DNA of 56,448 nucleotides from a virus (IMGVR_UViG_3300038321_000147:1-56448), one strand, 5' to 3'. Shown: positions 18,989 to 27,288, numbered from the stretch's first letter. Numbers and translations: made by a program. The notes: a model not told the origin generated them from the sequence alone.

Positions 18989-19180
18989 CTATAAAGTCTC
19001 CTTCTTACCTTGTATTTTAGCTTTCACTTGTTTATACTTCGTTCCTACAAATCTTTTAGCCTGTCCTAAAAGTTCTGGATCACTTGCGAGTATTGTCGCA
19101 GTCCCAATTACAACTGGTCCAACTATCCCGGTAATCCATAATCTTATCTCTCGACTAGTTTGAATTTGTCGATTATTCAT
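18989..19180 (-). CDS. small membrane protein (cassette gene)
   Basis: SREIRLWITGIVGPVVIG; own promoter and terminator. Confidence 0.7.
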   Translation of the reverse strand: MNNRQIQTSREIRLWITGIVGPVVIGTATILASDPELLGQAKRFVGTKYKQVKAKIQGKKETL

Positions 19181-19203
19181 AAATCCACCTCCTAAAATAT
19201 CAT

Positions 19204-19230
19204 TTCATTATAGGGGACGATATGTCTGCA
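19204..19230 (-). promoter_or_regulatory. repeated phage promoter, copy 6
   Basis: TGCAGACATATCGTCCCCTATAATGAA. Confidence 0.7.
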
Positions 19231-19521
19231 TTATTTAGTAATTGATAGAATATGTTCCGCAATACACATTATATCATCAAGTGTGTTTTCTATTTCCTGT
19301 AGATAATCTACTATGCAAAAAGCTGTTGGCTCGACCATTGGATCAACCTCGCCATTTATGATAACATTATTAATAGTCAATAGTTTAAAGCGAAGTTCCT
19401 GTTGCTTATCATAGATTCTACCAACCCTATTCAATAGACTCTGTTCATTTTGTGCACTTGGATCTTCGAGTGATATTGGTCGGCCTTCCATTGCGCGTAC
19501 CATCATAGGTTTATTTGTCAT
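19231..19521 (-). CDS. hypothetical protein
   Basis: 96 aa ORF with AGGAGG RBS. Confidence 0.7.
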   Translation of the reverse strand: MTNKPMMVRAMEGRPISLEDPSAQNEQSLLNRVGRIYDKQQELRFKLLTINNVIINGEVDPMVEPTAFCIVDYLQEIENTLDDIMCIAEHILSITK

Positions 19522-19537
19522 TTTTTACTCCTCCTAT

Positions 19538-19807
19538 TTATAATAATTTTACTTTCCCCTCCGGGGCTTGTGTTATCAACTTTGAATATATTTCCCTTGC
19601 TTCATCGTCATAAAAAGAATTGAGAACTTCATAGTTCCCTTTCATGTCCATACGAACAATCGTTATACATGCACAATCGCCGTTTTGAGCATCGTCGAAA
19701 CCAATTATTAAACGATCACAACTAGCTTGTTTTACTTTCTTACAATCACATCGTTCTCCTGGGTCAAGATTCGCTTTACAGTCAGGGCAGGTATGATAAT
19801 AACTCAT
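19538..19807 (-). CDS. zinc-ribbon hypothetical protein
   Basis: CPDCKANLDPGERCDC. Confidence 0.7.
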   Translation of the reverse strand: MSYYHTCPDCKANLDPGERCDCKKVKQASCDRLIIGFDDAQNGDCACITIVRMDMKGNYEVLNSFYDDEAREIYSKLITQAPEGKVKLL

Positions 19808-19811
19808 AATA

Positions 19812-20456
19812 TCACTCCTTATTTAACAATAACTGACGTGAGAAGTATTCAACATTATCGATTTCAATCCAATCGTCGTCGCCTTCTTTAAAAAATTTAT
19901 TAATCTCGAACCTTTCACCATTTGGTTTTATTCCATAAAGCACCCCCATCGTATCATAATCCCCATTTTTAGGATCTGCTAGGAAATCTGTACAATACAC
20001 TTTAAATGGATTTGCTGGTATGTATGGCATAGATATTGGATAAAGTTCGTCGATAATGCGTTGCACCAATCCGTTGTGGTATGTGTGTCCACTGGAAATA
20101 TCAACTTTTATGACCGAGTTAATATCTCTATACCTAGTCGTACCATCATCATCGATATATTTAAATAAGGAGCTCATTCTTTTACATTGATACCTACCTC
20201 TTGAAATCTCGTTCCAAATATCATCAGTGTCTTCAATTGGTGTCAAAGGCTTCCCATCTATGAGTCGATTTAAAATTTGTTTAGTTATACCAATACTACA
20301 ACCACTATGTCCGTCCTCTGTGAGACTTTCAAATGCCTTCAGTGCACTTCTATAACAAGCACATCCATAATCCCACTCTCCGTTATCCGAATTACCTCGC
20401 TCACGCTTACAAGCAATTTCAACTTCTCTTTCTGCCCAACTTTGCATCTCACTCAT
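19812..20456 (-). CDS. conserved phage hypothetical protein
   Basis: 214 aa; GHSG, PLTPIED, YQCKRMSSLFK. Confidence 0.75.
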   Translation of the reverse strand: MSEMQSWAEREVEIACKRERGNSDNGEWDYGCACYRSALKAFESLTEDGHSGCSIGITKQILNRLIDGKPLTPIEDTDDIWNEISRGRYQCKRMSSLFKYIDDDGTTRYRDINSVIKVDISSGHTYHNGLVQRIIDELYPISMPYIPANPFKVYCTDFLADPKNGDYDTMGVLYGIKPNGERFEINKFFKEGDDDWIEIDNVEYFSRQLLLNKE

Positions 20457-20469
20457 TTTTTACTCCTCC

Positions 20470-20691
20470 TTATATTAATGAATCAATGTATCGCTTACTC
20501 ATATAATTACTTGTACATTCGATTACAGGTGGTTCTTCGTGTGAAAATATAAGTCTTACTTCCAGCGAATATCTAAAATCATTCTCTCCTACAATATCTT
20601 CCGCCCGGTCAATAACTTCTTGACCGAGCATTTTTACTTGTTCTATTAACTTTTCTTTACGCACTAACGCCGAATCTCTCTCTATCGACAT
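20470..20691 (-). CDS. hypothetical protein
   Basis: 73 aa with AGGAGG RBS. Confidence 0.7.
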   Translation of the reverse strand: MSIERDSALVRKEKLIEQVKMLGQEVIDRAEDIVGENDFRYSLEVRLIFSHEEPPVIECTSNYMSKRYIDSLI

Positions 20692-20700
20692 AAAATCCTC

Positions 20701-21378
20701 CTATAACGGTCTTGTTGGCGGGAAGGCAATAATATATCCATCCCTTGTTCTATCCACATATGCATCCCTTAAATTTGTCCAACCATAATTATCATCAGTG
20801 TAGTCTGATTCTATGTTGGACAATTCATAAAATGATCTCACAGTCGCCTCGCCGTATTCGATAGTCATATCCACGAGATGGGCCAAAACATCCTCCGCCT
20901 CACCTTTATTTGTAAATATAATTCTATCAAATTCATGTCGAGCCCTCGACCCCCTATCCACCTCTCGACGTTCATCCCGACCATTGCGTCTATTACTGCT
21001 TGACACACTATTATAAGAGACATAAGACCTTCCTCTATCTCTAACAATATGATTATTGTAATATCCACCATATCTAGATCTACCATTACCGAATAGCTTT
21101 TCAATTACACCAAAACCCATGTCACTAATTGTGTCACGGAAGGCCGGCACTAATACATCATATAAAATATAATCGCCCAGGTTTTCACTCTCGCCTAAGA
21201 AAGCCTCTTTAAATTTATCAAAAGCACCTTTCTTTTTTCTAATAACCTTACCTTTTACAATTGGCTTTAACTTCTGTCTACTTTCATCCTTTTCTCCATC
21301 CCTTGTAGCCTTGTCAGAGTTGTTAGGTGCTAAATTGTCCAACCTATTCCTAGTAAGCTTTGATTCTTTTTGACCCAT
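20701..21378 (-). CDS. conserved phage hypothetical protein
   Basis: 225 aa; EAEDVL...YGEATV...YGWTNL. Confidence 0.75.
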   Translation of the reverse strand: MGQKESKLTRNRLDNLAPNNSDKATRDGEKDESRQKLKPIVKGKVIRKKKGAFDKFKEAFLGESENLGDYILYDVLVPAFRDTISDMGFGVIEKLFGNGRSRYGGYYNNHIVRDRGRSYVSYNSVSSSNRRNGRDERREVDRGSRARHEFDRIIFTNKGEAEDVLAHLVDMTIEYGEATVRSFYELSNIESDYTDDNYGWTNLRDAYVDRTRDGYIIAFPPTRPL

Positions 21379-21609
21379 TTAGTTTCCTCCATTAGATACT
21401 TCGTTCACTTCATTTGCTGTAAAATTAATCTGAAATACCCGAAGTTTATTTTCTCCATTAATATAACCACTAACATTGGCGTTAGCTATACATCCTCTGC
21501 GTTCGGTGGCAGTCGCCCAGTAATATTCAACCTCTACGATAGCGATCTTATCGCCATTAATTGTAATCTTGGGCATTCCATTATCTATTGTAAAGGATAA
21601 TTTATTCAT
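21379..21609 (-). CDS. hypothetical protein
   Basis: 76 aa with GGAGG RBS. Confidence 0.65.
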   Translation of the reverse strand: MNKLSFTIDNGMPKITINGDKIAIVEVEYYWATATERRGCIANANVSGYINGENKLRVFQINFTANEVNEVSNGGN

Positions 21610-21664
21610 TTACATTCCTCCATTTAATATATTAAACTCTCTGCAAAATTAAGAGGCTAGGCCT

Positions 21665-21976
21665 CTATGGTAATTTCTTTAAATCTCTATATAATTTAAT
21701 AAAATCTTCACTCCATAGGCTAGTTCCTAACCTCTCTTTTGCAAATAAATCTAATTTCTTTTCGTCATTATCCATTTCTTGTATAACGTCACTTTCTAAA
21801 CATTCCATTAGTAAACCTAATCTATCTTCTGAAGTTACAAAACCTTTCAATAAAATATTTATGATATTTGTCATCGAAATTTCCTTTTCTTTAAAAAATT
21901 CATAAACATTTACATCAATTCTTGCACTTACAGTTTGTGTTCCTTTACTAGCATCAATTCTTCTATTATCTTCCAT
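21665..21976 (-). CDS. possible ribbon-helix-helix DNA-binding protein
   Basis: TQTVSARIDVNVYEFFKEKEISMTNIINILL; start corrected to the ATG after promoter copy 7 and RBS. Confidence 0.5.
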   Translation of the reverse strand: MEDNRRIDASKGTQTVSARIDVNVYEFFKEKEISMTNIINILLKGFVTSEDRLGLLMECLESDVIQEMDNDEKKLDLFAKERLGTSLWSEDFIKLYRDLKKLP

Positions 21977-22000
21977 AAATAATCCTCCTATAATTTTATT

Positions 22001-22027
22001 CTCATTATAGGGTATGTTTATCATACG
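22001..22027 (-). promoter_or_regulatory. repeated phage promoter, copy 7
   Basis: CGTATGATAAACATACCCTATAATGAG. Confidence 0.7.
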
Positions 22028-22902
22028 AACCTTTTAAATATCGGTAAATTCAGTGATACTCCACCATTTCTATTCTTCGAATATGAAAAAGCCTCAATCT
22101 CAATATCTTTTCCTATGGGTGAGTTAATCACCATATCGGTACGATCGGCGTTATTTAGCCCACTTCCAACCCTCACTGGAACTGTACACCCAGGAACCTC
22201 GCAAATCAAAGCGGCCACCATACCTTCAATTTTTGTCCCTGGTCTAGCCATTTCAACGTCAACAACCCGACCTACGAACTCTTTAACCTTTTTAACCTTA
22301 AGAAGAGATTTACTACGCCCCGGAATATAAATAGAATCCATGTCCAATAACATCAAACCTTCACCTTTTCTTTTAACAACTTCATCCATTGTTTTCTTTA
22401 AGGTCTCTATATCTGCTCCTTGTATGTTTCCAAATATAGGGACTCTAATGATTGGGTCTTCGTTAGTCCCTCCATTAAAAGTCGAATACAGCTCCGCATC
22501 CCGTTCTCTTGCCAGTCTAAGATCTCCTCCTGGTTTGAATATGTCAAAGCAGATAGCCATGAGGTCTTGTTTGTTATCCGGATATTGTTGACTTGCTTTT
22601 GAATTTGTGTTTTGTCGTAAAACAAACGACGGTACCTGTTTAAAATATAATTCTCTGTCGACCAACTCGCAGTCGTAAACTCTATCCGAGGGCATCCAAG
22701 GAGCCTCGAGATACTCGAATATGTGTATAAGCCACTTGTCTTCAATATTTGTACGACTCCATGCAGTTATAGAACCGTCTGGCGCCTTGTAAAACAATCT
22801 TCGTACCCCATCAATCTTTTCTGACATACGCCAGAGCTTGCCTTCCAAGACAGTATCCGGATAATTGGCAAAGTTCTCACCTAGCATTGGTGTCAATTGC
22901 AT
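22021..22902 (-). CDS. ATP-dependent DNA ligase
   Basis: EKIDGVR (motif I), DCEL, FDI, EGLML, LLKVK, VGSG OB-fold. Confidence 0.9.
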   Translation of the reverse strand: MQLTPMLGENFANYPDTVLEGKLWRMSEKIDGVRRLFYKAPDGSITAWSRTNIEDKWLIHIFEYLEAPWMPSDRVYDCELVDRELYFKQVPSFVLRQNTNSKASQQYPDNKQDLMAICFDIFKPGGDLRLARERDAELYSTFNGGTNEDPIIRVPIFGNIQGADIETLKKTMDEVVKRKGEGLMLLDMDSIYIPGRSKSLLKVKKVKEFVGRVVDVEMARPGTKIEGMVAALICEVPGCTVPVRVGSGLNNADRTDMVINSPIGKDIEIEAFSYSKNRNGGVSLNLPIFKRFV

Positions 22903-22928
22903 AGTGTCTCTCCTTTCTTTAAATATAA

Positions 22929-23066
22929 TTACTCACCAAATTTTGGCGGGATTTGTACACCTTTAAGTGCACATATAATTCTTGTAATTTCCATACCAAT
23001 AGCTCCAATTATAAATATAGATGCGATTGGATGTTTTACCATCGACTCAACAAAATTCTTATTCAT
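22929..23066 (-). CDS. small membrane peptide (45 aa)
   Basis: MNKNFVESMVKHPIASIFIIGAIG...; AAGGA RBS. Confidence 0.55.
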   Translation of the reverse strand: MNKNFVESMVKHPIASIFIIGAIGMEITRIICALKGVQIPPKFGE

Positions 23067-23082
23067 TTCAAATTTCCTTTCC

Positions 23083-23388
23083 TTAAATATAATTGATCAT
23101 TTTCTTTTCTAAAACCTTTATCATCTCTCCGAAATTAGCATAACTTCTCACATTACGCATATATTCAGCTTTTTCCTCTTCCGATAGCCCGTACAAGTCC
23201 TTTAAATATTCAATTTCTTTTAATAGTTTCTCATTTTGTCGTTGTAAATCTCCATTTTCATGATCGAGTTCGGCTATTAATACGTGTCTCGATTGTAATT
23301 GATCGTTTAATTTATTTATCTGTTGTCGGTATTGAACTTCTTTTTCTTTGAAATGTTTTTCGGCTGCGTTAAATTTCTTTCCTTTCAT
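23083..23388 (-). CDS. coiled-coil hypothetical protein
   Basis: Start corrected to MKGKKF (AGGAGGAG RBS). Confidence 0.7.
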   Translation of the reverse strand: MKGKKFNAAEKHFKEKEVQYRQQINKLNDQLQSRHVLIAELDHENGDLQRQNEKLLKEIEYLKDLYGLSEEEKAEYMRNVRSYANFGEMIKVLEKKMINYI

Positions 23389-23410
23389 AATACTCCTCCT
23401 TCTAAACATA

Positions 23411-23432
23411 AAAGAGAGCCTAAGCTCTCTCT
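23411..23432 (-). terminator. conserved GAGC-TTAG-GCTC intrinsic terminator
   Basis: AGAGAGAGCTTAGGCTCTCTTTT followed by ATGTTT. Confidence 0.75.
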
Positions 23433-23635
23433 TAACCACTAATTTGTTTCATCATTATTTCTCGAGATTTCTCTTGAAACTTCGCCAATAATTCAGGATT
23501 ATTGATTATCTTATCGATTCCCATGCCGATTAAGACCATTTCATAATGTCTATAACCAAGCAAGACTACCGTCGCAATACCAACTCCTCCTAAAAAATAT
23601 TTCAATTTTTTCTTTCGTAAATCCTTATCTTCCAT
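23432..23635 (-). CDS. small membrane protein (cassette gene)
   Basis: YFLGGVGIATVVLLGY; GGAGGTG RBS; start corrected. Confidence 0.7.
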   Translation of the reverse strand: MEDKDLRKKKLKYFLGGVGIATVVLLGYRHYEMVLIGMGIDKIINNPELLAKFQEKSREIMMKQISG

Positions 23636-23654
23636 GACACACCTCCATATTAGT

Positions 23655-23681
23655 TTCATTATAGGATCTGTTTAAACGGCA
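23655..23681 (-). promoter_or_regulatory. repeated phage promoter, copy 8
   Basis: TGCCGTTTAAACAGATCCTATAATGAA. Confidence 0.7.
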
Positions 23682-23693
23682 TAACCCTTTTTT

Positions 23694-23722
23694 AATATAA
23701 AAGATTAGAGCCTAAGCTCTAT
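23694..23722 (-). terminator. conserved GAGC-TTAG-GCTC terminator
   Basis: TAGAGCTTAGGCTCTAATCTTTTATATT. Confidence 0.7.
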
Positions 23723-23883
23723 CTATACTTGTCCATTTCATTATGTATCATTTCGTTAGTCATCTCGATTTGCTTCTGTGCAACCTTGTATTGTGTCCAA
23801 GACCATAACGCTACCATAAGCATCATTACAATCCACATCACCATTCCAATTGCTAAAAGTATTTCACAAATTGCCATTTTCAT
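23719..23883 (-). CDS. small membrane protein (~54 aa, not in ORF track)
   Basis: MAICEILLAIGMVMWIVMMLMVALWSW...; lies between promoter and terminator. Confidence 0.65.
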   Translation of the reverse strand: MKMAICEILLAIGMVMWIVMMLMVALWSWTQYKVAQKQIEMTNEMIHNEMDKYR

Positions 23884-23905
23884 CCTCCATAATGTTTAAT
23901 ATTCT

Positions 23906-23932
23906 TTCATTATAGGATATGTTTATATTACA
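23906..23932 (-). promoter_or_regulatory. repeated phage promoter, copy 9
   Basis: TGTAATATAAACATATCCTATAATGAA. Confidence 0.7.
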
Positions 23933-23967
23933 ATAAAAAGAAGAGAGCCTTTGTAGCTCTCGTCTTG

Positions 23968-24105
23968 TTACAACTTCATTTCTAAAATATGTCTTCTTCT
24001 GTTTTCTTTCTCTTTATTATTATAATATTGTTGTATCGTATCTCCTAAATACTCTGTCAACAACATCACTCCTAACACCAATCCAAATATCATTAATATT
24101 CTCAT
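23968..24105 (-). CDS. small membrane protein (45 aa, not in ORF track)
   Basis: MRILMIFGLVLGVMLL...; AGGAGG RBS; GAGAGC/GCTCTC terminator at 23935-23961. Confidence 0.65.
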   Translation of the reverse strand: MRILMIFGLVLGVMLLTEYLGDTIQQYYNNKEKENRRRHILEMKL

Positions 24106-24123
24106 ACTTCCTCCTAAGTTTTA

Positions 24124-24151
24124 TTCTATTATAGGAGGTGTTTATACTGCA
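24124..24151 (-). promoter_or_regulatory. repeated phage promoter, copy 10
   Basis: TGCAGTATAAACACCTCCTATAATAGAA. Confidence 0.7.
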
Positions 24152-24493
24152 TTATTTAAGATCGGTATTTAACTTAATAATTCTATCGATTTCCGTTGTA
24201 ACATTTCCGCCATTTCTACCATAGTGGCTATTGATTAATATCTGAAGAAATCTCCTCGTTGTAGTGTTAATAACAACACAAGTGTTATAATTAGGACATT
24301 CATCAGTGCACATTTGACTGCAACATGCTATAAGTCCGTCCTTAATCATTATGCGTACAGGTTTATCCTTCTTATCCATTGGTTCTTTATTTCGAAAATA
24401 AGGTTTATCTTCAGTTAAATAACATTTAGAACTATTTGGGCAAAACATTGTCTTATAATATATGCAATCTTGACAGTTCTTTATCACTATCAA
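24152..24493 (-). CDS. Cys-rich hypothetical protein
   Basis: Two Cys clusters; AGGAGG RBS. Confidence 0.65.
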   Translation of the reverse strand: MIVIKNCQDCIYYKTMFCPNSSKCYLTEDKPYFRNKEPMDKKDKPVRIMIKDGLIACCSQMCTDECPNYNTCVVINTTTRRFLQILINSHYGRNGGNVTTEIDRIIKLNTDLK

Positions 24494-24507
24494 TTTCCTC
24501 CTTTTAG

Positions 24508-24535
24508 ATATAAAGAAAAGAGCCTAAGCCCTTTT
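24508..24535 (-). terminator. conserved GC-TTAG-GC terminator
   Basis: AAAAGGGCTTAGGCTCTTTTCTTTATAT. Confidence 0.7.
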
Positions 24536-24796
24536 CATCTCTATTAACATTTCTGTCAATGTTTGATCCATTAATTTTACATTATAATTGAATTCATTAA
24601 TTTTCAAATCTATATCGTCCAATCTGTCTTTTATTGCTTCAACATCATTATTATTTCCAACTAAAATATTTTTTACGCTTCTTAATATTTTCATACCATT
24701 TAAAATATCATCATCCTCGCTATTCAATAAATCAGCTTCGCTAATAATTAAATTCCCTAAAATATTCACATCTCTTTCAAATTCACATTTATCCAT
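24524..24796 (-). CDS. coiled-coil hypothetical protein
   Basis: 90 aa with AAGGAG RBS. Confidence 0.7.
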   Translation of the reverse strand: MDKCEFERDVNILGNLIISEADLLNSEDDDILNGMKILRSVKNILVGNNNDVEAIKDRLDDIDLKINEFNYNVKLMDQTLTEMLIEMKRA

Positions 24797-24818
24797 TGGT
24801 TCTCCTTTTAAATATAAA

Positions 24819-24895
24819 TGAAAGGGCGAGTATCTCCAGATCTAGCCTTTCGACCGCTGGTAGCTATCTTACCTAGCAGTTTACCTCTCCTTTCA
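24819..24895 (-). ncRNA. promoter-driven structured small RNA (~77 nt)
   Basis: Ends pair (TGAAAGG/CCTTTCA); internal stems; GAAA loop; TTTATATTT tail; no ATG ORF. Confidence 0.55.
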
Positions 24896-24918
24896 TTAAA
24901 GGATATGTTTTAATTGCA
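24892..24918 (-). promoter_or_regulatory. repeated phage promoter, copy 11 (TTTAAT variant)
   Basis: TGCAATTAAAACATATCCTTTAATGAA. Confidence 0.65.
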
Positions 24919-24928
24919 TTCTCAAAAG

Positions 24929-25014
24929 TGAAAGAGCATGGCTAGTGGCTTCGAACCACGTCTCCGGTCGCCCGGCGAGTTACCATTACTCCATGCATTT
25001 ATCATGCTCCTTCA
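24929..25014 (-). ncRNA. tRNA-like small RNA lacking an anticodon loop (~86 nt)
   Basis: D-arm GAGT-AATGGTA-ACTC, CCGG-GCGA-CCGG, T-arm GTGG-TTCGAAG-CCAC, closing stem TGAAGGAGCATG/CATGCTCTTTCA. Confidence 0.6.
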
Positions 25015-25037
25015 TTATAGGGTGTGTTTTACTTGCA
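25011..25037 (-). promoter_or_regulatory. repeated phage promoter, copy 12
   Basis: TGCAAGTAAAACACACCCTATAATGAA. Confidence 0.75.
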
Positions 25038-25250
25038 ACAGATTAAAGCGAAACCCTTTGCGAATTGACCTCTTTTATTTCTTGCTCGTACGATAATCTT
25101 ATAAGGCCATGATTTCAATCTGCCGGATTTAGCCTCAGCCTCCACCCTGGTGTCAAAAGTATGTATTTCAACTCTCTTGGTTCCTTCCGGTGCCGCTAAT
25201 ATCACCTTAGCATACCTTTTAACTTCTGGTAATAATTCTTTCTTTTTCAT
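25029..25250 (-). CDS. basic hypothetical protein
   Basis: 73 aa; C-terminal RARNKRGQF. Confidence 0.65.
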   Translation of the reverse strand: MKKKELLPEVKRYAKVILAAPEGTKRVEIHTFDTRVEAEAKSGRLKSWPYKIIVRARNKRGQFAKGFALICCK

Positions 25251-25278
25251 TTTCTTCTCCCTTATTTGAAATGTGTTT

Positions 25279-25306
25279 AAAATATAAAATAAGAGCCTAA
25301 GCCCCT
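25279..25306 (-). terminator. conserved GC-TTAG-GC terminator
   Basis: AGGGGCTTAGGCTCTTATTTTATATTTT. Confidence 0.7.
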
Positions 25307-25427
25307 ATTCATCCTTTGTTAAACTTACCTCATTCTTTATGTCAATAGTTATCTTATTACTGTCTGTCGTTTTTTCATCATACTCAATACTCACCACAAA
25401 ATAATTACTATCCACTACTATTTTCAT
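25305..25427 (-). CDS. small hypothetical protein (40 aa)
   Basis: Start corrected to MKIVV (GGAGGT RBS). Confidence 0.6.
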   Translation of the reverse strand: MKIVVDSNYFVVSIEYDEKTTDSNKITIDIKNEVSLTKDE

Positions 25428-25452
25428 AAATACCTCCAAATAAGTTATTCTA

Positions 25453-25479
25453 TTCATTATAGGGTATGTTTTTATGTCA
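25453..25479 (-). promoter_or_regulatory. repeated phage promoter, copy 13
   Basis: TGACATAAAAACATACCCTATAATGAA. Confidence 0.7.
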
Positions 25480-25520
25480 TAAAGATCAAAATATAACATA
25501 AAAACCTTGAAAAATAGCTG

Positions 25521-25632
25521 AAATCGACGTAGAGTCCATAGAATCCATTTTAACGCATTTTAACACCTTTCCCGATACTTAATATTAAGACTTAAATATC
25601 TTTCTTTAAAACGCATTCTATGACATCGATTT
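25521..25632. repeat. imperfect intergenic inverted repeat
   Basis: AAATCGA..CATAGAAT..TTTTA paired with TAAAA..ATTCTATG..TCGATTT. Confidence 0.45.
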
Positions 25633-25666
25633 TCTAGGATTTCTTAAAAATTAAGGAAAAGAGGCC

Positions 25667-25936
25667 TTAAACAGCCTCATCTCCTTTTTCAACAGTTATT
25701 TCTTTGAGTTTCTTTCTTTCCTCTGCAAATTCAACGATTTGGTCATCAATATAATCGCCAATCTTTCCACTAAAATAATACCCTATAGCAAAACCACCTA
25801 TCTTTGTCGATACTTTCTTTAAAGTACTCGGCACCTGATTAGGTTTAATAGCCTTTAGCGCATCACTTACAATTTCCCCGACACCAAGCGATACTACAAA
25901 TCCCAATGCATTCCTCACTAATTCAAAGTTGTTCAT
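25667..25936 (-). CDS. small membrane-associated protein
   Basis: 89 aa with two glycine-rich hydrophobic segments; own promoter and terminator. Confidence 0.7.
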   Translation of the reverse strand: MNNFELVRNALGFVVSLGVGEIVSDALKAIKPNQVPSTLKKVSTKIGGFAIGYYFSGKIGDYIDDQIVEFAEERKKLKEITVEKGDEAV

Positions 25937-25958
25937 AAAACCCTCCTTTCAAATTAAC

Positions 25959-25985
25959 CTCATTATAGGCTATGTTATCTCTGAG
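25959..25985 (-). promoter_or_regulatory. repeated phage promoter, copy 14
   Basis: TCAGAGATAACATAGCCTATAATGAG. Confidence 0.6.
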
Positions 25986-26388
25986 TATGGTCTGTGACCA
26001 TCATATTAACCCTTGGGTTATTAGCCCACAGTCTTTCCGCCTCTTCTAATGCCTTATTGATGATTGAATCTAAATTATCCTCGGTGATGTACTTCTTATA
26101 TTCATCGGGGATTCTTTTATACAATTCATCGATAACATAACTTCTCTTCAGGGTACCAGTCCCTCCACCAAATTGTATTTCCGCATCTGTGACTAGAACG
26201 AGTGCTATTGGTACAAGATTGGTTAGTAATCTAGTTATGTAGGCCATCTTTTCACCCATAGACATCTTTTCAAATATCGGACCGTATTTGGCCCTCCATT
26301 TCGTAAGGCCCGTCATAACACTCGCAAATAATAAAATTACCACTAAAATATCCTGCCAGTGGCGGGCAATAAATAATAATACTTGCAT
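25975..26388 (-). CDS. holin-like membrane protein
   Basis: N-terminal TM; LVTDAEIQFGGGTGTLKR resembles LL-H-type phage holins. Confidence 0.5.
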   Translation of the reverse strand: MQVLLFIARHWQDILVVILLFASVMTGLTKWRAKYGPIFEKMSMGEKMAYITRLLTNLVPIALVLVTDAEIQFGGGTGTLKRSYVIDELYKRIPDEYKKYITEDNLDSIINKALEEAERLWANNPRVNMMVTDHTQR

Positions 26389-26400
26389 CTTCTTTCTCCT

Positions 26401-27015
26401 TTATCTACTAATATTAATCACACCATTACCTGTAAAATATAAATGGTTATCAGGTATGGTTTGACTTTCAGGTTCATACGTGTCATAAGAACGACACCAC
26501 TCTTTTACGATTTTAAGTGAAATATCACTAACTTCTGGTAAACCACCCGTCCACCTTCTCATGGGCGAAAACTGTCCAGGCGCCCAAATAACTTCCTCAA
26601 CTGTATCTTGAAATACATCAGAATTAACTCTATTCATTACAACATTTAACACCAAAGATATTTGTTCGTAGTTATCTTGATTGTGAAAGTCAACATCGTA
26701 TTCTCCATCGCCATCGACGTACTTAGAACCTGATAACAATGCCGCCATTAAATACACTTCATCATCTGTAAATCCATATCTAGGTTTTATCTCAGGTATA
26801 GCTATCTCTTCAAGTGTATATTCTTTTTCAGGCTCCTTTGTCACATATTCGATTCTTATAATAATTGGATCGGGGTATATGACCGTAATGGTCTGTGGTT
26901 CAGGATTTAGACCCTTAACTAACATTACAGTGTTAAATGTAAGTAATATCCAAAATATAATTCTTAATAGTGTCTCTATCCATATGTACGATGATTTATC
27001 CTGTTGTGCATTCAT
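26401..27015 (-). CDS. membrane-anchored SleB/Hydrolase_2-like cell wall hydrolase
   Basis: N-terminal TM; VVMNRV, TVEEVIWAPGQF, LYF. Confidence 0.7.
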   Translation of the reverse strand: MNAQQDKSSYIWIETLLRIIFWILLTFNTVMLVKGLNPEPQTITVIYPDPIIIRIEYVTKEPEKEYTLEEIAIPEIKPRYGFTDDEVYLMAALLSGSKYVDGDGEYDVDFHNQDNYEQISLVLNVVMNRVNSDVFQDTVEEVIWAPGQFSPMRRWTGGLPEVSDISLKIVKEWCRSYDTYEPESQTIPDNHLYFTGNGVINISR

Positions 27016-27019
27016 AATA

Positions 27020-27253
27020 TCATTCCTTTTCTACTTTTATTTGTAGAGCTTCTACAGTGATTGTTATTTTAATTGGATCTGGAATTGAGCCTGGTTTCGA
27101 TATATCCTCCACTCTACCATCGCCATAAAAAATTGTTTGGAATTCAGATGATTCCCTTGGAATCTCTATAGTTGTTTTAAGGTTTTTGACATCCCCATTT
27201 AAACCTCTTTGAATCAATATATTAATGATTCTATCTGTTATTTTCGTTTTCAC
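27020..27253 (-). CDS. hypothetical protein
   Basis: 77 aa; AGGAGG RBS with GTG start. Confidence 0.65.
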   Translation of the reverse strand: MKTKITDRIINILIQRGLNGDVKNLKTTIEIPRESSEFQTIFYGDGRVEDISKPGSIPDPIKITITVEALQIKVEKE

Positions 27254-27288
27254 AATTTTCCTCCTAGGATATAAAAGGAGAAGAGTTG

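Noticed and set aside
24819-24895. c-di-GMP-I riboswitch (GGTAAAC...GAAA)
   Set aside because: Lacks the GCAAAG junction and second-stem consensus as I recall them; an Rfam scan is needed
24929-25014. Canonical tRNA gene
   Set aside because: The anticodon loop is only 4 nt, there is no proper 7-bp acceptor stem and no CCA; kept as a tRNA-like RNA
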